Positions 53,108-64,000 of a stretch of DNA of 64,000 nucleotides are shown one piece after another. The translations under genes and the position numbers were made by a program. Origin of the DNA: Tubulanus polymorphus. Taxonomy: Eukaryota > Animalia > Nemertea. The DNA is taken from positions 13,362,485 to 13,426,484 of the forward strand of contig NC_134027.1 in NCBI RefSeq assembly GCF_964204645.1, read 5' to 3'. The notes under the pieces are model-generated. The model did no database searches. It was not told the origin of the DNA and saw nothing but the letters and a program-made list of their open reading frames with translations. The first letter of the stretch is position 1. Every line of letters begins with the position of its first letter.

Positions 53108-53130
53108 GATGTTTCTTTATGACACGATTT
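53013..53130 (+). mobile_element. DINE-1/HINE-like (Helentron-associated) fragment
   Basis: T-run, hairpin gatgggtttcgtc-gtca-gacgaacccatc, then (GTCT)n/GTCC microsatellite. Confidence 0.55.
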
Positions 53131-54949
53131 AAGCTGTTTGTGTGGACCGACAATTCTGTAATTTCACACAGGTATTCTCTACTTGATGTAGATGGTGCAG
53201 CTTGGTTTATATTTGATTCCGATGGTTATAAGTGCTCTAATTTGGTTAAAAGATAATTAACGTTACTCGCTAGTTCAAGCCGCTGTATAGCGCGTTGCTA
53301 CGACGACGCTCGATCAACATACTGGTACTCGCTGTGTAATACTGAACACGTGATCGTACTAGCACCGGTTTTAGATAGCGCGCGCGCTGATCGGTCTTAA
53401 CACTTCTCGGAACTGCTGTGCTAAATGCTGATAGGCCGAATCTATGCGCAATCATTTATTGGGCTCGTCACATTTGATAGTGAATGGATAAATAACCGGT
53501 GTCAATGACGGTCGCTACTCCCCATCAGTATAACTCATCAGTATAAGAAATAATTCTTTCGAGTTTTTTTTTTCAATCCCCGAAGTTGTTGTTACTATGT
53601 TGACCTCGCCGTTTTATAAGCTTACCGATGATTCTTCTAGTATTTTCAGGGTCACAAGACATGACGAAGTCGCAAAGTTTTGTACAAATTTCACGAAACA
53701 AACAATTATTTAGGCGGCACCTGATCTATTGATTAATTATGATAAATAATGTTTATTTCATTAAAAATTTGTTTTATTCAAACACTACTTTCATCGCACA
53801 TAGCGTGATCGGTAGGCCCTACTATTCTACGGTAGGCCATGGACTCTTTCATGTGGTAGGCCTATTACAAATGATACAATCCGCGTGTCCGTGAATAAGT
53901 GACACGTGGTGGGGCGGGTTGTGAGGAGCATCGAAACTAATCCGTCACAAATAATAGATAGAAAACAATACCTTAAGTGGTTAACTTTTATTAACATCAT
54001 TACCAAATCAAAACCTGCACATCCTATCATAAATAGAAATTCTAAGAATTCATTTCAAAGAATAATAAATTACGTCTAAATTTTGGGATTCGAACTCGTA
54101 GCATCGATTCAGGTGCCTTTCCCAAAGCGGGTATCCCGCGGGGAAAACCCATTACTATTTATATCGAGAATCGCCTTTTTGCGACAGCGCCACGGCGCTG
54201 GAGCATATTAAGTTGATCGAACCACCTGGTGTCTTCCAATACCACCACCTAGTGGGCTCAAATTCAAGTTCAAATATACTTTATTGATACTCATCAAATA
54301 TACTTAATTGTTACTTTATTCAATACTTTATTGTTCCCAGTACGGCAAATACATCGGATTTCCGCAATTAAGTAGACAGAACACAAATAAAATCAAGAAT
54401 CTTTTAGTATTCAGAAAACAACGTACATGTTATTTTTCAATTTTAATTAGCAATGAGATAATTTTTTGCGACACTCACGGATGATGCGCATTCCCTTTCT
54501 GGAAGGCTGATCGGCTCTTCCCTGAAAAATTAATTTCTGAATCGACGTCCCGTAATGATGAATACTATTTTTAGATCCCCTGATTTCAAAATTCAAAAAT
54601 ATAGATTTATATGAACCTTAGGGGTACCCTTGTAATTAACAAATTATTCGAAAGCAAAGATCTTGCATTTTAAGCATTTTCTTTATTTCAAGCCGCCGAA
54701 TTGATTGTCTAAATCTCTTTGCTCTTCTCGGAACTTGTATTCAATTAAATTTTCTATTCTCATTCTACAATTTGTACATGAATACTATCAACGGTAGCAT
54801 TTGTTTCTTTTCATTTCGTTTTTCATAATGATTTTGTAATATTTAAATCTTCATTTTATCGCGACGGGTGCTTCCGCTTTTAAACTGTTCGTTTGTTACT
54901 TCCGATTTTGTAATCTTCTTTAATTTATTCATTCTTTATGACTTCTCTC

Positions 54950-56291
54950 TCTCCAAAATCGGAATAATTGTATCCTTAGATACAATAGGATCTTGATTTT
55001 TAATGACTTTGCAAAACCATCTGTCGCAGTATATTTCCTTTTAGAAATATACCTTGTTGACAGCGAGTTCGGTGAATGAAACAGAAACAATTACACAGAA
55101 ACCCATCATGGAAAGTTTCTTTCTGGTGTTTGTTAATTCATCAAATGGAATTATAATATCTAGGTTTAAATAATTTACAATCTTATTTAAAAAGAATTCA
55201 TAATTTATTGAATCTGTTATTCTATTTTCCAAATAATACATTATTATTTGTTTGAATATTTTTTTTATATTTTTCATATCTTCTTCTGTTAATTTAGGTT
55301 TTTCATAATAATCGTTAAATAATAAATATAAATACATTTTCTTTTGTTTTGTGTTAAATGTTGACGGAATAATTGTTTTTATAATATCTTTTTTTGTTAT
55401 TTCACCATTTTTATTTTCTATCATTTTCATTTTTTCAAGCCATTGCATATATTCTGGTGTATGATCTTCTATAGAAAATATTTTAAAAATTTCATCAAGA
55501 TAATTTAATTTTGGATCTATGAGAAAATTTCTAGTTTTTTCTTCACCCAATAAATTCTTTTGCCATCCACATTCATTACAAAATAACACAGTACCTTCTT
55601 GCCCTAAGGTCGTATAACTACATTGTGGACATTTTCGTTTATAATTTATTGGTAATAGATCTTCATTAAGCTCTTGGTATTTTCTTACGTTTTCTTTATG
55701 TTTTATTGTTCTATTATGTAGATTTGAATTACTTGTTGTAATAATCAATTTACAATATTTACAATAATATGTTTTTCTTGTTAATTCATTATATTGTTTT
55801 TCTAACTTTTCAACTGTTTCCTTATTATCTGGTAACGTTTTCTCATATTTTATTTTTTCTAATAAATTATTTTTTCTTTCATTGAATTCAGTTTCAAATT
55901 TATTAGAAATTTTATCTATATGTGCTTTACGAAATTGATGATTCTCCCAATCTTCTATATTTTCAGGGTTATATTTTATTCAACAAGGCTTACAGAAATG
56001 ATCTTTTATATTATCCTTGTCATAGAATAAGAAAGGTCTTTTCCAAATAATTTCAGGTTCAACTTCAACAGAATTACTATTACTTTCATTACTATCAACA
56101 TTAGCCGTTGCACCATTAATTTTACACTTCTCTGAATGTTTTTTAACATAATTTCTTGAGAATAGTTTATTACATTTTGGGCAGTTTAGTTTAGGGGGTT
56201 TATAATTTTCTTCATGTTTTTTCATATGTCGAGCCATATTACTTTTTCTTAGAAGTTCACCACAAATTTCGCATGCTATCTTCTCATCCAT
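54950..56291 (-). pseudogene. Multi-C2H2 zinc-finger protein fused to a VLTF3-like late transcription factor domain
   Basis: 55980..56291 and 55041..55748 are in frame across one TGA; CPQC..FCNECG zinc ribbon; IFKQI...SINYEFFLNKIVNYL resembles the VLTF3 NY.Y.L.K motif; 3' end approximate. Confidence 0.6.
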
Positions 56292-56359
56292 TTATTTAGG
56301 AAAAATTTTATTAAAATTAATTTTTAGTGATGAGCGGTAATTTTTTTATGTTATAAATA

Positions 56360-57121
56360 ATGGTAGAATTAAAAGAATACAGAATATTTGTTGATTCTAG
56401 AAAACTTACAAATTATAAATCACATAATTTACTAGTACAATTAGATAGAGAATTTAAGAATTGTGTAGATTTAAAATTAGTTAATATAAGTTTATGTAAT
56501 TCTTTTTATAATATATCGAATAAAACTATTGAACATAGAGCCTTTTTAATTTTTGATAAAGGTAAAAATGAATGGTCCTATATATATTTAAAACCGGGGT
56601 TATATAATTTAGATACATTAGCACAAGAAATTAATAGAAAAGCCTGGCACAAGTTAGGTAGTAGTTCTGGGTTTAGTATTAGATTTTTAAAAAGTGAGAG
56701 TTCTGATAGAATAAAGATAAGGTTGTCTAATAGTGAAAAACATAAATTTATGGTAAAAAAACCTATAGCTAAACTGTTAGGAATTCTTCCAGATAGATCT
56801 TTTAAAAATATTGACGCTACTACACCAAACTTAATACCTTACACACATTTCTATATTTATTGCAATTTAATCGATCCTACAAAAACATTCGAAGCAACTA
56901 AAGATATAACTTGTAATTCTGGTTTACTAAACATTTTACCATTGAAGAATGTTAAAGAATTTGGAACGCAAATAAATTATAATTTAACAGAATGTGATTT
57001 CAAACCTTGTATTCCACATTTCAATAATTTTAAATTAGAAATAAGAAATCATAATGGTTATTTAATTGATTTGAATAACTTTCCTGTAATTTATGAATTA
57101 GTTATAAGATGTAAAGAGTAA
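56360..57121 (+). CDS. Putative minor capsid (penton) protein
   Basis: IFVDSR...LDREFKNCVDLKLVNISLCNSFYNI and KLEIRNHNGYLIDLN fit single jelly-roll penton patterns of Polinton-like and large DNA viruses. Confidence 0.75.
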   Translation: MVELKEYRIFVDSRKLTNYKSHNLLVQLDREFKNCVDLKLVNISLCNSFYNISNKTIEHRAFLIFDKGKNEWSYIYLKPGLYNLDTLAQEINRKAWHKLGSSSGFSIRFLKSESSDRIKIRLSNSEKHKFMVKKPIAKLLGILPDRSFKNIDATTPNLIPYTHFYIYCNLIDPTKTFEATKDITCNSGLLNILPLKNVKEFGTQINYNLTECDFKPCIPHFNNFKLEIRNHNGYLIDLNNFPVIYELVIRCKE

Positions 57122-57137
57122 TTTTTTCACTGTATAA

Positions 57138-57479
57138 ATGAATAGAACTGTTGGACCGAGTATATGTTTTGGATTTGATTTTAAACGTGAGAAAGAAATA
57201 AGAATTAAACTAAATGATGTAATTACTGATATAAAAAGTAAATCATTTAACAATGCATCAATGATTAATAAAGAAAATTATAATATAGAAAAAGTAATTG
57301 ATTTAATTAAATCACCTTTAAAATATTATGAATTAAATGAAGATGGAATTATTGATGATATTAAAAACATATTAACCGAAATATATGATAATCATAAAAG
57401 TAATAATGAAATAAATGTTGATTTAATCATAAATAAGTTAACTAAATATTTTGATGATAGTAATTTTTTTGATAAATAA
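57138..57479 (+). CDS. Conserved hypothetical viral protein (113 aa)
   Basis: Intact; homologs in elements 1 and 2. Confidence 0.75.
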   Translation: MNRTVGPSICFGFDFKREKEIRIKLNDVITDIKSKSFNNASMINKENYNIEKVIDLIKSPLKYYELNEDGIIDDIKNILTEIYDNHKSNNEINVDLIINKLTKYFDDSNFFDK

Positions 57480-57701
57480 ATGAGTGATAAAAAGTGGATA
57501 ATAACTGGATTATATAATGGAGCATTACTATCAGTTGGAACTGTTGGTTACTCAATGGTATTAAAAAAAGTATTTAAAATGGGAAGTGTTAATGTTGATA
57601 GATTTGATATAAATGATATTTTAAAATTAACATTAGCAGTTACTTTATCTAATTTAACTATTGATTATTTAGAAAAACAAAAATATATTCCTCCCATATA
57701 A
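57480..57701 (+). CDS. Small hydrophobic viral protein (73 aa)
   Basis: Intact, conserved in three copies. Confidence 0.8.
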   Translation: MSDKKWIITGLYNGALLSVGTVGYSMVLKKVFKMGSVNVDRFDINDILKLTLAVTLSNLTIDYLEKQKYIPPI

Positions 57702-57725
57702 ATGCGTAATTATTTTACTAAATAA

Positions 57726-58148
57726 ATGGCTTCTGCAATTATAACTATTATAGGATCGGCAATTGTTAACGCTTTAGCATTTACTGGTGGCGGTTATTTA
57801 TTTAAGCATATTGATAAAAATAGTTCATTAGGAGAACAAAGAAGACATAATTTAGCATTAGAGAAATATAATAAAGCAGCAGAAGAATACAGAGAAAAGA
57901 GACAAAACTATATGGATTACATCAATAAAGAATTATATGATCAGAAGATTTCACATAGAGATTTTCAATCAGTTGATGATGCAATGAGTTTATATAACGC
58001 GGTAACCAATAAAGAAAAATTACATCTATACAAACCTAAATTATCAGATTATGATACCCCAAGTAAAGAACAACAGAAATATGAAATAATATGGATTTTA
58101 GGTGGAACAGTTATTGTTATATTTGTAGCATATAAATTTAATAATTAG
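57726..58148 (+). CDS. Viral protein with hydrophobic termini and coiled-coil (140 aa)
   Basis: Intact; C-terminal TM IIWILGGTVIVIFVAY. Confidence 0.8.
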   Translation: MASAIITIIGSAIVNALAFTGGGYLFKHIDKNSSLGEQRRHNLALEKYNKAAEEYREKRQNYMDYINKELYDQKISHRDFQSVDDAMSLYNAVTNKEKLHLYKPKLSDYDTPSKEQQKYEIIWILGGTVIVIFVAYKFNN

Positions 58149-58167
58149 TAATTTTTTTTCTAAATAA

Positions 58168-58593
58168 ATGGAAGATAATATTGATATTATTCCTCATGAT
58201 ATAAATAAAACTAAATTAAAAATATATTTAGAAAAACAAATATTAGAATTTGAAAGTGACTTAAAAGTTAAAAAGAAAAAATATCTAAAAAGTAAAATTA
58301 TATATTATTTGATTATAAGTGGTTCGGTTACAATTAGTTCTGTAATAACATTTCTAGCAATATTCAGTCCATTAACACCTTTAGCTATATCAATTGGTGT
58401 GTTAGGATTAAGTTCAAGTGCTTTAACTGGTATAAGTTCAAAATTAAATATAAAAAGTAATAAAGAAAAAATTAAAACTAATATAAAAGAAATTAATAAA
58501 TTAAAGAACACACTAGATTATATAATAAGTTTAAATGGCCATATAACAGTTGAAGAACAAGATAAATTATTAAAAGAATTAATAAATTATTAA
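58168..58593 (+). CDS. Two-TM viral protein (141 aa)
   Basis: Intact; hydrophobic hairpin flanked by basic helices. Confidence 0.8.
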   Translation: MEDNIDIIPHDINKTKLKIYLEKQILEFESDLKVKKKKYLKSKIIYYLIISGSVTISSVITFLAIFSPLTPLAISIGVLGLSSSALTGISSKLNIKSNKEKIKTNIKEINKLKNTLDYIISLNGHITVEEQDKLLKELINY

Positions 58594-58609
58594 TTTTTTA
58601 ATTATATAA

Positions 58610-59999
58610 ATGGTAGATAGTTTTCCAAAAGCTTTCCAATATAATAAATCAATTAAATATAATATTCCAGCCATAGATTTTAATAAAGATATTACATATA
58701 GAAATGAAGTTTTAGATTCATTAACTAATTTAGAAATTTATGTTACTGAAACTAATAATTTTAATGCAAAGATGGAAAATATATTTCATGTATATTTAAT
58801 TAATTTTAAAAAATTGAAAGATGAAAAACAATGGTTATTAAAATCTAATATGAAGTATTGGCAGAACCAATTAAATTTTGCTGTTTATTGTGCAACAACA
58901 GGTTGTGGAATTAGTTGGAATGATCATTTGAATAATTCTAAATATAAATTAATTCAAAGTTTATTTAGATTTCATACATACTTTCAAATCAGAATAATAT
59001 TAAATGAATTAGAGTGCGCTTTACCAGGATCTAGATATTTTAAAAAATTAGATAATAATATTAATTTATCAAAGTTTTATAAAATTTGTAATGAATTTAA
59101 TATAGATATAAATAATTCTGATATTAGAACAAAAATTGGAACAATAAGATCACTTCCTTGCCCTAAACAGATTGCAGAATATTGTGCACTTCCCATACCA
59201 TCTAATAGTTTTTATAATATCTATAATAATAAATTAGGTTATGGTAAAATAGAAACAAAGGATTTAGAAACATTAAATTTCAATAAATTACCGAAATTTT
59301 ATGATCATTTAAAACAAGAAAACAATAATGGTTGGGTTTATTTCATTTTAGAAAATAATGAAGGTTTTACAAAATCAGGTATACAAAGAATAAATCAATC
59401 TATTAGAACTTATTTGATATGTATTCTAGGTGCACAAGTTGAAACAAGATCACCGATAATTGGAAATTTGAATACATCATTCGATACACAAAAACAATTT
59501 AAAGTATTATTTGAAGATTCAATTCATAATGATAAAAATAGATCGATTCCAGAAAACATTGTAAGATATCAAAATTATTTAGATAAATCACATATTAGAT
59601 TAAATTATTGTATAGGCCCTAATCTATTAATTATTTCTAATGATTTAGTATTAAAGATGGGAAATATAATTGGTTATAATAATCTAATTAAAACTGCAAC
59701 AATAAATAATTCATTTGGATTGAATGATATAAATAAAAAGATAATTACTGCTCCAAAATTAATGGAAGTTGAATAAAATAAAAAACATATTCAATCAATA
59801 GAAACTAAAACTAAGAATATTAAATTGGATAATGATTCCAAAATAAAAGATTACAATACTATAGAAAATATTAAAACTGATAATATTCAACATGATATAA
59901 TTAAAACTGATAATGATAATAAATTACATGAAAATACTAAATTAGCTTTAACTTGTATAGGAATTGTTATAGGAGGAATATTATATTTTAAATTTTAAT
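58610..59999 (+). pseudogene. Conserved viral protein, 388-aa ORF with premature stop before the TM tail
   Basis: Tail ...ALTCIGIVIGGILYFKF continues past the stop at 59776, as in 9878..10840. Confidence 0.8.
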
Positions 60000-60014
60000 T
60001 TTTTTATTATATAA

Positions 60015-61466
60015 ATGGATGTAGAAGGTGGAGAAGATATTGGAATGGATAATTTTGATGAACCTGGTATAACTCATGAACAACCACCTGATTTTGATGA
60101 AACAAGTTTCAGTAACGAAAATGAAACAGCATATAATTCTAATTTAGCAAGACCTGATACTAATGAATATGTTAATAAAGCACGTTCAAGATTGGACATT
60201 GAAAATGAAAATCCAGATTTAATGAAAAAAGAACTAGAATATGACGAATTAACTGATAAATTCAAACCAATATTAGAAAAATCTGGATTCAATATAACAA
60301 ATAAAGGTGTGAATTATTTAGTAAAAGATTTGAAATATTTAAATGGTGATTATTATTGGCATTTGAAAGATGACTATTATTTTAAGATATCTTCTAATAA
60401 AAGTCTCGATAAAATAATAACAAAACCAACTTTAATTAAATTAGAACAATCTAGAATTAAGAAAATCAACAATGATGTTATAACTGATGTTACAGAACAA
60501 GAGATTAATCAAAATAGAAGAGAATTTAATCGAAGAAATAATGATTTTTTGAAGATAATTAGTGAAAATTTAGAACCAGAAACAATTCCTAAAGAAGATA
60601 TAACTTCCAAAACTAGTAAACTTAAATCAAATAAAGTTCAAACTGAAAAACTTTTACCGAAGGCATAACTTGATGCTACAAAACAAGAATTAGAAGATTT
60701 AGATATATTTTCTGGTAAAGCAATAAGAGAAATTGAAAGTATAAGACATGCATCTGATAAAATTGCGCATGAAAAAGAAATAAGAGATATTAAAATCAGA
60801 TTTTTAGAAAAAGAATTAACTGATAAAAATAAAGAAATAGAACAATTAAAGTCTGATTTAGATCATCAAGTAATTGATGAAATAGAATATAGGCAAAAAG
60901 AATTACGTTTAGAAAAAGAAAAAGATGATTTAGAATATAACATAGAATTACAAAAAGAAGAAATTAAATTATTATTAAAATCATATGATTATAATATAAA
61001 TAGATTAAAAGATGTTTTTAAAAGATATCTAATAAAACCAAATTCTAAAATATCATTGAAAGATAGAATGAAATTATTATTTAAGTTTAAAGGAATCACA
61101 ATTCTTTCAATTCTAACAACTGTAACTATGTTATTTACAACAATAGGTTTAACAATATCAAATGCTTTGAAATCTACTCCTACTCCCAATAAACCAGATA
61201 AACCCCCGAATGATAATAATTCTATACAAGATAAAGATAAAGATGGTTTAAAGAAATTAGCAAAATATTTATGGGAACTATCTAAAAAATCTGCTGCAGC
61301 TTTACCAGGAATTATTGCATCAATTGTTGGTTTTATACTGGGAATATTCTTAACTTTGCTGCTGAACATATTATTTTATTTTTAATTACAATTGTAAGTG
61401 CTATTATTTTTGGGTTAGTGAATATGATATCAAAAAGATATCAAGAAAAAAATAATAAAAAATAAA
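60015..61466 (+). pseudogene. Acidic / coiled-coil / hydrophobic-tail viral protein, disrupted
   Basis: ORFs 60015..60668 and 61056..61385. Confidence 0.75.
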
Positions 61467-61489
61467 TAATTAATTTTTTTGTTAAATAA

Positions 61490-62735
61490 ATGAGTGGGAG
61501 TTATATAAGTCGTTCTAAGATTTCTAGAATATCTAATGCTATTAAAGCAGAAAGATCACATCATATAATTACTCATAATCCTTCAAATATTAATCCCGAT
61601 GAAACTTTATATGTTAGAATTCCTAGATTAACACAAAATACTTTTTATGTTCCCAATAGTATTTATTTATCAGCTGATATAAAAGTAATTGGTCATGATA
61701 ATAATTATGTTGTTGATAATGTTGGGAGATATTTGATTAAAAAATTAACTATAAAGATTGGTCCAGAAACAGTTTTCTCATTAGATGATTATAATTTATT
61801 TATGCATTATAAAGATTTATGGTTAACTAAAGAAAATAGAAATAATATGATATTTCAAGGAATCCAATCAGAAAACCATAATAAATTAAGATCCGGAGCT
61901 AATGACGCAATAGTAACTCGTGCCACAGATAATTTGATTAAAAAGATTTATGGAAGCAAATATAAAATTCCATTAGACTTTGAATTGATAAATAATAATG
62001 CACTTTTATATAAATACGCAATTCAAGAAGATATTATATTTGAGATAAAATTTGCTCCTGTAAATGAAATTGTATTATCTAGCGTTGTTAAAGATATGGG
62101 TTATAAATTATCGAATATATGTTTAGAATATGACACAGTAACTAATGAAAATATTGCTAGCACAATTCAAACTCAATACAATCAAGGATTTTCATTATTA
62201 TATGATTATATTGATAAATTTAAAACTGTAACTATTAATGCAAATGATAAAATAATTAATGAGAATATTAACTTCCCAAGAAGATCTATTAAAGGTATAT
62301 TAATATTTTTTACCATTGCAACACAACATATACTAATGGCGCAATAAAGGTAGATAATTAATATAATCCTGAAATAACAAAAGTAGAAATAACTATCGAA
62401 GGAATAGCAAATAAAATATTATGTCAAGGAATGAGAATGACTGATCAATGGCCAGAAATTAGAAAACATTTTATGAATGAAAAAGTAAAATCATTTGAAA
62501 ATTGTAATATTAATCAAATTGATTATTATACCGGCAATAAATATGCATTATGGTTAGAACAACAGAGGATAATTCATTACATGGTTCTGGAAAAAAACTA
62601 CAGAACACTAAAGATGGAATACAATTATTCATGAAAAAGATAAGAGGAGACAAAAATTTTAAAATGCACATTTATATTATATCTGATGCCCAATTAAATA
62701 TTGTAAATTCACAATTAGATAGTATTCAATATTAG
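61490..62735 (+). pseudogene. Putative major capsid protein, frameshifted
   Basis: Near identical to 12280-13537. Confidence 0.75.
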
Positions 62736-62765
62736 AAATATAAAGTTAAAATTAACGATGTATAA

Positions 62766-63851
62766 ATGGGAGGTAAAAAAACTACTAATACTAAAGAACA
62801 ATATTTAAGAAATTTATATTACAACCCTGAGAGTTCGGTTGCTTATTCTTCTACCAAAAATATATGGCGCCAAGTAAAACAAGATAAATTAGATAAGATA
62901 ATCCCACATTTAGTTAAATATAAAGATATAAATGAATTTATGTTAGAACAACCAACATATACAACACATAAAAAAATTGTTAGAAAATATAAAACTCGTA
63001 AAACTATGGTAAGTTATGTATATCAACAGTGGCAAGGAGATTTAATTGATATGAAAAATGTTAAGAAAGATAATGATGATTATTGGTGGTTATTGAATAT
63101 AATTGATATTTTTAGTCGTTATGTATGGAGTTTCCCACTTTATAGAAAAGATGCTGTACAAACATCAAATGTTTTAAGAAAATTTCTTTCGGATGATAAA
63201 CTAAAACCAGAAAAAATACAATTTGATGATGGAAAAGAGTTTGATAATTCACTTGTTCATGAACTCTTAGATAATCATAATATTAAATATTTTTCAACAA
63301 AATCGGATAAAAAAGCAGCAGTTGTTGAACGATTTAATAGAACATTAAGAACAAGAATGTGGAAATATTTTACAGCAAATAATACTTTTAAATGGATTGA
63401 TGTTTTACCAAAATTGATAGAAGGATATAATAATTCTTATCATTCTTCTATTGGAATGAAACCTATTGATGCTAGAAAACCTGAAAATGCTGAAATTGTT
63501 TGGAATAATTTATATGGAGCATTTCTTGTAGATGATTTTGGTGAACCTAAATTTAAAGTTGGTCTAAATGTTAGAATTTCTAAGTATAAAAAGATATTTG
63601 GTAAAGGATACGATCGAAATTTTACTAGAGAAATATATGAAATAAAAAAGGTAATAACAACAAAACCATATGTCTACTTTTATGAAGAAGAATTAAGTTT
63701 AACTACAGAAAATCTAGAACAAGAATATAAAATTGAAAAAGTATTAAAAACAAAAACTATTAAAAGAAAAAAATATTCTTTAGTAAAATGGGTTGGATGG
63801 CCAGATAAATTCAATGAATGGATATTGTCAAGTAAAATTAAAAATATATAA
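62766..63851 (+). CDS. RVE integrase with C-terminal chromodomain
   Basis: WQGDLIDM, IDIFSRY, QFDDGKEF, VERFNRTLR; YKIEKVLK...LVKWVGWPDKFNEWI; small in-frame deletion near 63675. Confidence 0.95.
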   Translation: MGGKKTTNTKEQYLRNLYYNPESSVAYSSTKNIWRQVKQDKLDKIIPHLVKYKDINEFMLEQPTYTTHKKIVRKYKTRKTMVSYVYQQWQGDLIDMKNVKKDNDDYWWLLNIIDIFSRYVWSFPLYRKDAVQTSNVLRKFLSDDKLKPEKIQFDDGKEFDNSLVHELLDNHNIKYFSTKSDKKAAVVERFNRTLRTRMWKYFTANNTFKWIDVLPKLIEGYNNSYHSSIGMKPIDARKPENAEIVWNNLYGAFLVDDFGEPKFKVGLNVRISKYKKIFGKGYDRNFTREIYEIKKVITTKPYVYFYEEELSLTTENLEQEYKIEKVLKTKTIKRKKYSLVKWVGWPDKFNEWILSSKIKNI

Positions 63852-63852
63852 A

Positions 63853-64000
63853 TGAATGAGGAATTATTTATATTTGAACCTCATAATATGTTAATTTCTG
63901 GTGTAACAAATTGTGGAAAAACTTATTTTATATTAAATTTGTTAGAAACTGTTTATAAAAACTATTTTGATAATATAGTATTATTTTGTCCAACATATGA
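63853..64000 (+). CDS. Packaging ATPase, 5' part (truncated by the window)
   Basis: MNEELFIFEPHNMLISGVTNCGKT. Confidence 0.88.

Larger units (their letters stand above)
48345..64000. mobile_element. Polinton-like element 3 with different gene order, runs off the window
   Basis: pPolB(+), ZnF-VLTF3-like(-), mCP to MCP, integrase, ATPase (+); least decayed copy; continuity across 53260-54780 is inferred. Confidence 0.9.

Overview
AT-rich eukaryotic (probably invertebrate animal) repeat-dense DNA with no recognisable host gene. It holds a nest of decayed endogenous Polinton/Maverick (adintovirus-like) DNA viruses of one family: a small remnant (~1.2-2.4 kb), element 1 (~7.2-23.6 kb), element 2 (inverted, polymerase-deleted, ~25.2-36.7 kb with its probable terminus displaced to ~46.4-46.6 kb) and element 3 (~48.3 kb to window end). 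Genes include protein-primed PolB, RVE integrase with chromodomain, packaging ATPase, putative major and minor capsid proteins and several hydrophobic proteins; no maturation protease is visible. Highlights: (1) the element 3 PolB carries an uninterrupted 355-aa intein with LAGLIDADG-type motifs in the catalytic YFD/TDS motif, and the empty allele with an identical 24-bp site lies in element 1; (2) most viral genes start at TAAATG, the poxvirus late-promoter motif, and element 3 encodes a zinc-finger/VLTF3-like protein, hinting at use of a large-DNA-virus transcription system; (3) a giant-virus-type HNH nuclease, a gene inside the terminal repeats and a palindromic terminus. Secondary insertions include a Penelope-like retroelement with a minimal hammerhead ribozyme, a foldback-like TIR element, a solo LTR, a tRNA-derived SINE and microsatellites. 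All homology calls come from motif reading and recall, not from database searches.
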